Origin: Bacteroidales bacterium
GTDB lineage: Bacteria > Bacteroidota > Bacteroidia > Bacteroidales > PUMT01
NCBI GenBank assembly: GCA_007125955.1
Contig: SLCF01000027.1
Coordinates: 5,493 to 69,492 of the forward strand
Direction of reading: 5' to 3'
DNA length: 64,000 nt
The position numbers and the translations under genes are program-made. Shown here piece by piece: positions 31,295 through 39,357 of the stretch; the stretch's first letter is position 1; each line of letters opens with the position of its first letter. A model generated the notes under the pieces. The model was not told the origin of the DNA, searched no databases, and saw nothing but the letters and a program-made list of their open reading frames with translations.

Positions 31295-31374
31295 TTTAAC
31301 AGAAAAATTTAAAGTTAATATTTCGATAAATTTAAGAATATCTTAAAACAAACGAGTTTTTATAGTAAAAAAGA

Positions 31375-32043
31375 TCACCTGTTTCTCTCTCCAAAAATTT
31401 CAGTTCCTACCCTTATCATTGTGCTGCCTTCTTCCATTGCAATATCGTAATCAGACGACATTCCCATGGAAAGTTCACTGAAAGAGGGAAATTCACCGGA
31501 AAACTTATCTTTCAGCTTTCCGAACAGACCGGCAAGCCGGCTGAACTCTTTTCTGACCTGCTTCCTGTTATCTGTAAATGTCGCCATCCCCATCAACCCA
31601 CAAATCCTTACATTCTCAAGATCTTTAACCGCCGGGGAATGAAAAACATTGACAACCTCTTCCTCCGACATCCCGAATTTAGTCTCCTCCTCGGCAATAT
31701 GAATCTGCAGCAGACAATCGATTACCCTGTTGTTCTTCCTGCCTTCCTTGTTAATCACCTTTAGCAGTTTTAGAGAATCAACACCGTGTATGAGGCTTAC
31801 AAAGGGTGCTATATATTTTACCTTATTTGACTGAAGGTGCCCCACCATATGCCATTGAATATCTTCAGGAAGATTTTCCTTTTTGTCAAAAAGTTCCTGA
31901 ACCCTGTTTTCACCGAAGATTCTATGGCCTGCATTAAAAGCCTCCATTACTTCGGATTCGCTTCTTGTTTTTGTCACAGCTACCAGCGTGACATTTTCCG
32001 GCAGTTTTTCAAGAAGCTTGTTCAGGTTATCCTTTATTCCCAT
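31375..32043 (-). CDS. yggS: YggS-family PLP-binding (PLP homeostasis) protein
   Basis: 222 aa. LVAVTKTRS, FGENRVQE, HMVGHLQSNK and LSMGMSSDY motifs. Confidence 0.9.
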   Translation of the reverse strand: MGIKDNLNKLLEKLPENVTLVAVTKTRSESEVMEAFNAGHRIFGENRVQELFDKKENLPEDIQWHMVGHLQSNKVKYIAPFVSLIHGVDSLKLLKVINKEGRKNNRVIDCLLQIHIAEEETKFGMSEEEVVNVFHSPAVKDLENVRICGLMGMATFTDNRKQVRKEFSRLAGLFGKLKDKFSGEFPSFSELSMGMSSDYDIAMEEGSTMIRVGTEIFGERNR

Positions 32044-32072
32044 AAAAAAGAGTATTTCAACTTACACACTTT

Positions 32073-32080
32073 CAAAATTA
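32073..32080 (-). promoter_or_regulatory. Bacteroidota-type -7 promoter box for yggS
   Basis: The plus strand reads CAAAATTA, which is TAATTTTG on the coding strand. It lies 30 nt upstream of ATG 32043, just downstream of the DUF1015 terminator. Confidence 0.5.
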
Positions 32081-32112
32081 CACAAAAATCAACCTCCTGT
32101 ATTGAAAATAAC

Positions 32113-32139
32113 AAAATGCCCCGCACTGATATCGGGGCA
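32113..32139 (-). terminator. Rho-independent terminator after the DUF1015 gene
   Basis: GC-rich 7-bp stem TGCCCCG / CGGGGCA with a 9-nt loop, followed on the minus sense by UUUUGUUAUUUU. Lies 19 nt downstream of the stop at 32158. Confidence 0.7.
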
Positions 32140-32157
32140 CTGTTCAAATTTTGCCGT

Positions 32158-33405
32158 TTAATCAAGACTATGAACAACCAGTCCGCTTCTCAACTTGGGT
32201 TCGAACCAGGTTGTTTTCGGGGGCATTATATTGCCGGTATCTGCAATATCCATAAGCTGCTTCATGGAAACAGGATAGAGTGCAAAAGCAACCTTCATTT
32301 CGCCTTTGTCTACCCTTTTTTTAAGTTCGCCAAGTCCCCTTATACCTCCGACAAAGTCAATTCTCTTATCGGTCCTTAGATCCTTGATGCCGAGAATTCT
32401 GTCGAGCACATACTCTGAAAGAACAGTCACATCAAGGGCGCCGATAGGGTCATTATCATTGTATGTTCCGGGCTTTGCCTTAAGTGAATACCATTGACCT
32501 TCAAGGTACATTCCGAAATTGTGTATACTGTCGGGTTTATACTCTTTTTCACCCGTTTCCTCAACCTCAAAAACTTCACCCAGTTTCTCAATGAATGCAG
32601 TAGCTGAAAGTCCGTTCAGGTCCTTTACCACCCTGTTGTAATCAATTATTGACAACTGGTTGTCAGGGAAATGAACAGCCATAAAATAATTGTACCTCTC
32701 TTTGCCTGTATGGTTCGGGTTGTTCTTCTTTTTTTCATTCCCTACAAGTGCCGCAGCGGCAGTTCGATGATGACCGTCAGCTACGTAAGTGTACGGTATT
32801 TTACCAAACAGTTCTGCAATACGGTCAATTACTCCACTGTCGCTTATTACCCAGAAATGGTGTCCTACTCCGTCATCTGCAGTGAAATCATAAACCGGGT
32901 CTTCTTTTTTTACAACATCCTCTACAATGCGGTCAATTTCATCAACAGCCCTGTATGTGAAAAATACAGGTTCCATATTAGCATTTGTAACCCGGACATG
33001 CTTCATTCTGTCCTCTTCCTTCTCCTTACGTGTCAGCTCATGTTTCTTTATAACCCCGTTCAAATAATCTTCAACACCGGCACATCCTACTATTCCATAC
33101 TGTGTTTTACCGTTCATAGTCTGTGCATAGATGTACAACTGCTCTTCATCGTCCTGTACAAGCCATTCTTTTTCACGGAATTTTCTGAAGTTTTCCTCAG
33201 CCTTTTCATAAACAGCAGGGTCGTGTTCATCTGTTCCTGCAGGACAGTCAATTTCAGGTTTAATTATATGCAGTAGTGAATATGGATTGTCTTTTGCTTC
33301 TTCCTTTGCTTCCTCCGAATTCAGGACATCATAAGGACGTGAAGCAACATCCTTTGCCAGTTGCACCGGTGGTCGAATACCCCTGAAAGGTTTAAGTATT
33401 GCCAT
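32158..33405 (-). CDS. DUF1015 domain-containing protein
   Basis: 415 aa. Starts MAILKPFRGIRP and contains YVADGHHRTAAA, both characteristic of DUF1015. Downstream of serA/serC, as in many Bacteroidota. Confidence 0.85.
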   Translation of the reverse strand: MAILKPFRGIRPPVQLAKDVASRPYDVLNSEEAKEEAKDNPYSLLHIIKPEIDCPAGTDEHDPAVYEKAEENFRKFREKEWLVQDDEEQLYIYAQTMNGKTQYGIVGCAGVEDYLNGVIKKHELTRKEKEEDRMKHVRVTNANMEPVFFTYRAVDEIDRIVEDVVKKEDPVYDFTADDGVGHHFWVISDSGVIDRIAELFGKIPYTYVADGHHRTAAAALVGNEKKKNNPNHTGKERYNYFMAVHFPDNQLSIIDYNRVVKDLNGLSATAFIEKLGEVFEVEETGEKEYKPDSIHNFGMYLEGQWYSLKAKPGTYNDNDPIGALDVTVLSEYVLDRILGIKDLRTDKRIDFVGGIRGLGELKKRVDKGEMKVAFALYPVSMKQLMDIADTGNIMPPKTTWFEPKLRSGLVVHSLD

Positions 33406-33430
33406 TTCTCCAATTTTAAAAAATTACACA

Positions 33431-33466
33431 AAAAGATGCAGGTGCCCCCAAATTGGTTCACCTGCA
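33431..33466 (-). terminator. stem-loop plus U-tract in the serA-DUF1015 spacer (internal terminator or attenuator)
   Basis: 8-bp stem TGCAGGTG / CACCTGCA with a 14-nt loop, then UCUUUUUGUG on the minus sense. Lies 13 nt after the serA stop and about 26 nt before the DUF1015 ATG. Confidence 0.45.
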
Positions 33467-33479
33467 ATTTTTAATCAAA

Positions 33480-34415
33480 TTATTTATTAACCTGAAAAGT
33501 AGCATCACCGTTGTTGATAAAACCCACTATCTGGTTCGCTGCTGCAATACCGGCATTTATGTTTGCTTCTGCGGTTTGCGCACCCATTTTTTTGGGTGTG
33601 AAGAAATACCTTCCGGCATATTTCTCGGTCATATCCGGTTTGCATTCCGGTTCAATATCGGACAGATACCTGAAATCGTTTCTCTTTTCCATAGCCATCA
33701 TCAGGCCCTCTTCGTCAATAACCTCTTTTCTTGCTGTATTGACAAGGGTTCCCCCTTCGGGCATTGATGATAAAAGATTATAACCCACGAGCTTAAGATT
33801 TTCCTCTCTTGCCGGGATATTAAGGGATATATACTGGCATGTTTCGTAAAGCTCTTTTATAGATCCCAGGGGTATTAAACCGTCCTTTATTATCTCATCG
33901 TCACTTTTACGGGGATGGAATGTGAAAACTTCCATGTCGAAACCTTTTGCAATCCTTGTTACATGTTTTCCAACATTCCCGTATCCGTGTATTCCAAGCT
34001 TCTTACCGAAGAGCTCAGTTCCGGATGAACCGTTAAACATATTGCGTGCCGAATAAACCATCATTCCCATTGCCAGCTCAGCTACGGCATTTGAGTTCTG
34101 ACCCGGGGTGTTCATCACTACAATCCCGTTGTCGGTTGCTGCTTTCAGGTCAACATTGTCATAGCCTGCTCCTGCTCTTACAACTATTTTCAGGTCAGTT
34201 CCAGCTTCCAGAACATCCCTGTCAACTTTATCGCTTCTGATAATTAGTGCCTGCGCTCCTGCAACAGCCCTAATAAGATCAGACTTGTCAGGATATTTTT
34301 CGAGCAAAACAAGTTCAAAGCTGGCTTTATCGCAAATTTCCCTTATCTTTTCAACTGCCAGCGGGGCAAAGGGTTTTTGTGTAGCTACAAGTATTTTTGA
34401 CATATCCAGTTTCAT
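33480..34415 (-). CDS. serA: D-3-phosphoglycerate dehydrogenase (short, 2-hydroxyacid dehydrogenase family)
   Basis: 311 aa. NAD-binding GIHGYGNVGKHV and RAGAGYDNVD. Starts 1 nt after the serC stop. Confidence 0.85.
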   Translation of the reverse strand: MKLDMSKILVATQKPFAPLAVEKIREICDKASFELVLLEKYPDKSDLIRAVAGAQALIIRSDKVDRDVLEAGTDLKIVVRAGAGYDNVDLKAATDNGIVVMNTPGQNSNAVAELAMGMMVYSARNMFNGSSGTELFGKKLGIHGYGNVGKHVTRIAKGFDMEVFTFHPRKSDDEIIKDGLIPLGSIKELYETCQYISLNIPAREENLKLVGYNLLSSMPEGGTLVNTARKEVIDEEGLMMAMEKRNDFRYLSDIEPECKPDMTEKYAGRYFFTPKKMGAQTAEANINAGIAAANQIVGFINNGDATFQVNK

Positions 34416-34416
34416 T

Positions 34417-35493
34417 TTAATTATTTAACATACATTCCTCAAACTCATTCATAGTGGCGATAAGAGCCTTGACACTTTCAAGTGGCAGGGCATTATAAAT
34501 GGAAGCCCTGAATCCACCGACCGAACGGTGTCCCTTGATGCCCACCATTCCGTTTGATTGGGCATATTTCAGGAATTCATCGCTCAAATCTTCATACTCT
34601 TTTTTCATGACAAAACAGACGTTCATCATTGAGCGTGATTTCTCTTCAGCAGTTCCTGTGAATATTTTGCTGTCATCAATAGCATTATAAAGCAATGTGG
34701 CCTTTTCACGGTTCTTCTCTTCCATCTTTTTCACACCGCCAAGCTTCTTCAGCCACTTCAGTGTTTCTTTCACTGTAAAAATTGGCAGACAGGGCGGTGT
34801 ATTGAACATTGACCCGTTGTCTATGTGTGTCTTGTAATTAAGCATAGTCGGGATCATGCGGTCAACTTTACCCAGTATATCCTCCTTTACCACAACAAAT
34901 GTAACACCGGCCGGACCGAGGTTCTTCTGAGCCCCGCCGTAAATAATACCGTACTTCGACACGTTTACCGGACGGCTGAATATGTCGGATGACATGTCAG
35001 CTACCAGTGGAACGGGACTGTCATAATCTTCATGTATCTGTGTGCCGAAAATCGTGTTGTTGGTTGTAATGTGAAAATAATCTGCATCTTCAGGGATTTT
35101 GAAGCCTTCCGGAATATAATTGTAATTTTTATCTCCTGAACTGGCTACAACTTCCACCTCACCAAAGTTCTTTGCTTCTTTTGCGGCCTTTTTTGCCCAT
35201 GAACCGGTTTCAAGGTAAGCAGCCTTTTTACCAAGAAGGTTAAAGGGCACCATGCAAAACTGAAGACTGGCTCCTCCTCCAAGGAAAAGAACCTGATAAC
35301 CATTGGGGATATCCAGCAGCTCTTTGAACAGATCCACCGCTTCATCCATTATTGCCTGGAAATCCTTGCTGCGGTGAGAAATTTCCATAACCGACAATCC
35401 AATCCCGTTGAGATCGGAAACAGCCTTTGAGGTGTTTTCTATCACCTCCCCCGGCAAAATTGAGGGTCCTGCACTGAAATTGTGTTTTTTCAT
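34417..35493 (-). CDS. serC: 3-phosphoserine aminotransferase
   Basis: 358 aa. [34 protein letters not shown] and [10 protein letters not shown] motifs. Confidence 0.93.
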   Translation of the reverse strand: MKKHNFSAGPSILPGEVIENTSKAVSDLNGIGLSVMEISHRSKDFQAIMDEAVDLFKELLDIPNGYQVLFLGGGASLQFCMVPFNLLGKKAAYLETGSWAKKAAKEAKNFGEVEVVASSGDKNYNYIPEGFKIPEDADYFHITTNNTIFGTQIHEDYDSPVPLVADMSSDIFSRPVNVSKYGIIYGGAQKNLGPAGVTFVVVKEDILGKVDRMIPTMLNYKTHIDNGSMFNTPPCLPIFTVKETLKWLKKLGGVKKMEEKNREKATLLYNAIDDSKIFTGTAEEKSRSMMNVCFVMKKEYEDLSDEFLKYAQSNGMVGIKGHRSVGGFRASIYNALPLESVKALIATMNEFEECMLNN

Positions 35494-35547
35494 ATAGGTT
35501 GGTTTTAATTGTTAATTAATTATTGACTATTATGATATAGTTAAAAC

Positions 35548-36315
35548 TCAGGTTTCTTCACTAAAATGTTCATTAACATTCGAATATATGTCAAAAATCT
35601 GACTATTTACAAGTACCGGGATAACAGAAGTTGAGTCGGGTGTGCAAGTGTATTCAAAAATATTGTCAAGTCCTTTTTCCCTGAGCCTGTGTCTCTGTTC
35701 AGCATTGTCGAGGTATGCCGGCAGGTCATTCTTTGCAAGTTCCCATAGCTCGGTTACGGCAAATAAAGAGTCACAACTACTGAAAAAATTTCCCGACCGC
35801 ATCAGGTTGCTGCAAAGAGCCCCTGCAAATACAGCATCCTCCAGGCAAAACCTCCCTTTCCTGCCGGAACACAAAACTGTTACAGGTAAATTCAACTCTG
35901 TCAGCCACTCGCTTAGAGCAGAGATGTTTAAAAAAGAGCCTATCACAACCTTTGTTGCTTTCTTTGCCATATTAATGGCCTGAGTACCGTTTGTTGTGCT
36001 GTATGCAATTGTTTTCCCCTCTACGTTTTCACGGATAAAATTAAAAGGCGAATTACCAAAATCGGCAAAACCGGGTTTTACACCTTCCCTTTCTGCGGCA
36101 ACCAGGAAGCCTTTATCCCTGTATTGCTTTGCTTCTTCCAGTGTTGATAAGGGGATCAAGCTCTCTGCCCCGTTTTTAAAGGCAGTACATATAGCAGTAG
36201 AAGCCCTTAAAATATCAGCTACCACGACAACAGTCCCGCTGCAATCATAATTTTCAAAAAGTCTTGTGCAAAGACAAACTTCTATTTCTTTTTTCTTTTT
36301 CACTACAAATAACAA
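35548..36315 (-). CDS. 2-phosphosulfolactate phosphatase (ComB) family protein
   Basis: 255 aa. VVVADILRASTAI, AAEREG and DFGNSPF motifs. There is no ATG near the N-terminus; the candidate starts are TTG 36315 and GTG 36303. Confidence 0.75.
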   Translation of the reverse strand: MLFVVKKKKEIEVCLCTRLFENYDCSGTVVVVADILRASTAICTAFKNGAESLIPLSTLEEAKQYRDKGFLVAAEREGVKPGFADFGNSPFNFIRENVEGKTIAYSTTNGTQAINMAKKATKVVIGSFLNISALSEWLTELNLPVTVLCSGRKGRFCLEDAVFAGALCSNLMRSGNFFSSCDSLFAVTELWELAKNDLPAYLDNAEQRHRLREKGLDNIFEYTCTPDSTSVIPVLVNSQIFDIYSNVNEHFSEET

Positions 36316-36391
36316 TTCAGATAAAAAAAAGTTATCACACCCTTAACAATTAATTATCAGGGCATAAATCAAAAAACTGTTCCGGAAAGAC

Positions 36392-37504
36392 CTATTCTTT
36401 GTAAATAGGCATTTTAACGACTTTTGCCCTGAGGGACCTGTTCCTGATTTTTATATAAATTTCACTTTCAGGTTTTGTATAGCCGGATCTCAAATATCCC
36501 AAACCAATCCCCCTCTTCATCATCGGCGACATAGTGCCGGATGTAACATGGCCTATTACCTCTCCTCTGTCATTGGTTATTTCATAACCTTTGCGGGGAA
36601 CACCTCTTTCTTCCATGACAAAGCCAGTAAGCTTACGGGACACACCTTCCGTTTTCTGTTTCTGCAACAATTCCCTGTCTATAAAGTTCTTGTTGTCAAC
36701 GAACTTGGTTATCCATCCAAGGCGTGCTTCAATAGGTGAGGTTGTATCATCAATATCGTTACCATAAAGGCAAAGTCCTTTTTCAAGACGAAGGGTGTCT
36801 CTTGCTGCCAGACCCGCCGGTTTAATTCCAAATTCCCTGCCTGCTTCAAAAACTGCTTTCCAGAGTACAGGAGCATCCTCGTTGGCTACGTAAACTTCAA
36901 AACCACCCGAACCGGTATAACCGGTTACCGAAAAAATCGCCCCTTCAATACCGGCAACACTCATCTTCTTAAAAGTATAATAATCCATCTCTTCAACAGG
37001 CTCATCTGTCAACTTATTCATAGTGTCAACGGCAAGCGGCCCCTGTATAGCAAGAAGTGAGATTTCATCTGAAGCATTGTAAAGCTCCCTGTCAGATTCC
37101 ATTCCCATTTCTCTGGCATGTTGCAATATCCAGTTCCAGTCTTTTTCAATGTTTGATGCATTTACAACAAGCATATATGTCTCTGCATCAAACCTGTAAA
37201 CAAGCAAATCGTCAACTATGCCGCCCTTTCCGTTTGGCATACATGAATACTGAACTTTACCGTCATAAAGTGCAGAAACATCATTAGTGGTAATTTTCTG
37301 GAGAAGGTCGATTGCTTTGGGGCCTTTCACCCAAAACTCACCCATATGGGAAACATCAAAAACCCCTACTCCTTCTCTTACCGTTATATGTTCGTCGGTT
37401 ATTCCACTATATTCAATAGGCATATTGTAACCTGCAAAAGCCTGCATCTTTGCGCCCAGCTCAATATGGTATCTGGTTAAGGCTGTGTTTTTATATTTTT
37501 CCAT
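36392..37504 (-). CDS. gcvT: glycine cleavage system aminomethyltransferase (T protein)
   Basis: 370 aa. TALTRYHIELGAKMQAFAGYNMPIEY, FDVSHMGEF, LAARDTLRLE and GHVTSGTMSP motifs. Confidence 0.93.
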   Translation of the reverse strand: MEKYKNTALTRYHIELGAKMQAFAGYNMPIEYSGITDEHITVREGVGVFDVSHMGEFWVKGPKAIDLLQKITTNDVSALYDGKVQYSCMPNGKGGIVDDLLVYRFDAETYMLVVNASNIEKDWNWILQHAREMGMESDRELYNASDEISLLAIQGPLAVDTMNKLTDEPVEEMDYYTFKKMSVAGIEGAIFSVTGYTGSGGFEVYVANEDAPVLWKAVFEAGREFGIKPAGLAARDTLRLEKGLCLYGNDIDDTTSPIEARLGWITKFVDNKNFIDRELLQKQKTEGVSRKLTGFVMEERGVPRKGYEITNDRGEVIGHVTSGTMSPMMKRGIGLGYLRSGYTKPESEIYIKIRNRSLRAKVVKMPIYKE

Positions 37505-37549
37505 TTACATTTAATAGTTAAGTGTTAGTTGTTGTTTTTACTTGAACAA

Positions 37550-37557
37550 CAAAAGTA
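37550..37557 (-). promoter_or_regulatory. Bacteroidota-type -7 promoter box for gcvT
   Basis: The plus strand reads CAAAAGTA, which is TACTTTTG on the coding strand. It lies 46 nt upstream of ATG 37504. Confidence 0.5.
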
Positions 37558-37675
37558 ATTATTTTTGAAAAGGAAAAAAGTGACAAAGATCAACAGGTAA
37601 TTATGCCTTATAACAGGAATTTCAGCTTCAAACAAAAAAACCGGAAGTAAAGACCAATATTATCACAAAATATCT

Positions 37676-37683
37676 TAATTTTG
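37676..37683 (+). promoter_or_regulatory. Bacteroidota-type -7 promoter box for the Hpt-STAS unit
   Basis: TAATTTTG lies 51 nt upstream of ATG 37734. Confidence 0.5.
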
Positions 37684-37733
37684 ATTAAAATGTGCAATGC
37701 ACGAAGCTGACGTGCATCAGAACCTTTTATCTG

Positions 37734-38093
37734 ATGAACAATAAATACGAGCACGTAGATTTGACATACCTTGAGGATATGTCCAACGGAAACACCAGGG
37801 TTATGGTGGAGATGATAGAAATCTTCAACAGTCAGGTCCCGGAGCTCATATCAAAAATGAAAGAATACCTGCAGGAAGAAAAATTGGATGCCCTTTCAAG
37901 GCTTGCCCATAAGGCAAAGGCATCTGCTTTTATTATGGGTATGAGAGAAGTGGCCGAAGACCTGAAATTACTCGAAATTTCAGCCAAAACTGATAAAAAA
38001 GTTGAAAAAAAATACCACATTATTGTAGCCGATATTGAAAAACGTTTCGGATTTGCTATGGAAGAACTGAAAAATATTGCAACAAAACTCTAA
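37734..38093 (+). CDS. Hpt (histidine phosphotransfer) domain protein
   Basis: HPt motif LAHKAKASAFIMG (HxxKxSxxxxG). The ORF-track start at 37692 is GTG, so I prefer ATG at 37734 (MNNKYEH), which lies 51 nt downstream of a TAATTTTG box. Confidence 0.7.
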   Translation: MNNKYEHVDLTYLEDMSNGNTRVMVEMIEIFNSQVPELISKMKEYLQEEKLDALSRLAHKAKASAFIMGMREVAEDLKLLEISAKTDKKVEKKYHIIVADIEKRFGFAMEELKNIATKL

Positions 38094-38104
38094 ATTTTTT
38101 AACC

Positions 38105-38443
38105 ATGCTAAAAAGTGAACATAAAAACGGGGTTTTGGTTTATTCATTCGATAATTCTGACAAGTTCAATGCGCCTGTGGCAGAATCTGTTAAGAGCGAG
38201 ATAGCTTCAAAGTTCCTTAAACCGGATGCAAAAGTTGTCTTTAACCTAAAGGGAATAAATTATATAGACAGTTCCGGTTTCGGTACACTGCTAACACTTC
38301 TCAAAAGGGCCAAAACCAATTACGGCTGTTTTCGTATCTGTAATGTTTCAGATCAGGTTATGGAGCTGTTCCGGTTACTTCAGCTTCACAATATTTTTGA
38401 AATATTCGGAACAGAAGAGGAGTGTATAAATAGTTTTTCATAA
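38105..38443 (+). CDS. STAS-domain protein (anti-sigma-factor antagonist, SpoIIAA-like)
   Basis: 112 aa. INYIDSSGFGTLLTLLKRAK contains the DSSG phospho-serine type motif. Starts 11 nt after the Hpt stop. Confidence 0.8.
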   Translation: MLKSEHKNGVLVYSFDNSDKFNAPVAESVKSEIASKFLKPDAKVVFNLKGINYIDSSGFGTLLTLLKRAKTNYGCFRICNVSDQVMELFRLLQLHNIFEIFGTEEECINSFS

Positions 38444-38544
38444 AACATCACCTAAGTCATGTAAATTTAAATTTAGTATTCGTTTTAAAAGGTCTAAAAA
38501 ATATCTATTTTCGCATTAAATTACTAATTTTAAAATATTAAATT

Positions 38545-39129
38545 ATGATTAAGAATTTTTTCATTTTGTTTTTATCACTGCTCATTATTACTGGCTGCGG
38601 TTCACCAGGACAACCGGAAGAAGCCGAAGATACCGAAAGAACCGAACTTACTCCGGGTGAAAGGGGATTTCTTAACAATCTTGCCAGTCTCTGCGGGCAG
38701 TCATTCCGGGGAGAACAGATATTCCTTGCAGAAGGGCGAGATAGCTGGGAGGATGAGGAACTCATTATGCATGTTACCGTTTGTGAGGAAGACAGGGTTC
38801 ACATTCCTTTTCATGTAAGCGAGGATGAGTCGCGAACATGGATGTTCCTGGTAGAAGACGGCAGACTGAGGCTGCGCCATGACCACCGCTACCCTGACGG
38901 GACTCCGCATGACGTTCATCTTTACGGGGGCTACTCTGACGGAGAAGGCACAGAGTACAGACAACATTTCCCTGTAGACGAATTTTCAAAAAGAGAAGTC
39001 CTCGACGAAGAGAGGGGCAGGGAATGGCAGGTAGTACTGGATGAGGATATGACAACTTATTCCTACAGGCTTCTTTATTACGGGGAAATTGTGCTCCAGG
39101 CTGATTTCGACCTTACCAACCCTCTTTAA
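38545..39129 (+). CDS. hypothetical lipoprotein, acidic, compositionally atypical
   Basis: 194 aa with ATG start and lipobox LLIITGC. Visibly higher G+C than its neighbours, which produces three long antisense shadow ORFs inside it. Followed by a strong terminator at 39215. Confidence 0.7.
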   Translation: MIKNFFILFLSLLIITGCGSPGQPEEAEDTERTELTPGERGFLNNLASLCGQSFRGEQIFLAEGRDSWEDEELIMHVTVCEEDRVHIPFHVSEDESRTWMFLVEDGRLRLRHDHRYPDGTPHDVHLYGGYSDGEGTEYRQHFPVDEFSKREVLDEERGREWQVVLDEDMTTYSYRLLYYGEIVLQADFDLTNPL

Positions 39130-39143
39130 TTTTTTCAGAAACA

Positions 39144-39186
39144 GTCAGGCCGGAAACCTAAAACGGTCAGTCCGGAAACTAACAGG
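39144..39186. repeat. two tandem ~22-nt units GTCAGnCCGGAAAC(C)TAA in a 3' UTR
   Basis: GTCAGGCCGGAAACCTAAAACG is followed directly by GTCAGTCCGGAAACTAACAGG, between the lipoprotein stop (39129) and its terminator (39215). Confidence 0.7.
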
Positions 39187-39214
39187 CCTTTTATAAAACT
39201 GGAATCTTACAGGG

Positions 39215-39244
39215 TAAGCCGGTATATTGCCGGCTTATTTTTTT
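39215..39244 (+). terminator. Rho-independent terminator after the 38545-39129 lipoprotein gene
   Basis: 8-bp stem TAAGCCGG / CCGGCTTA with a 7-nt loop, followed by T7. Confidence 0.75.
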
Positions 39245-39357
39245 ATTGCAACTTTTCCGGAATAAAATTTCCTGCAGCCGGCAGAATGCAAAATTATCCG
39301 GTGGGATTTCTAGCAGGATTACAATTTAGCTCTGCCGTATCGTTAAATCAAATGCGA

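Noticed and set aside
32197-32207. GGGTTCGAACC, resembling a tRNA T-arm
   Set aside because: It lies inside the DUF1015 coding sequence, and no acceptor or anticodon arms can be built around it.
31837-33276. Plus-strand ORFs of 180 aa and 201 aa across yggS/DUF1015
   Set aside because: They are antisense to two well-supported genes. One spans an intergenic terminator and promoter, and the translations are low-complexity.
38538-39055. Three overlapping minus-strand ORFs (75, 88 and 93 aa)
   Set aside because: They are explained by the locally raised G+C content of the plus-strand lipoprotein gene. That gene has a lipobox, an ATG start and a downstream terminator, while the antisense frames have none of these.
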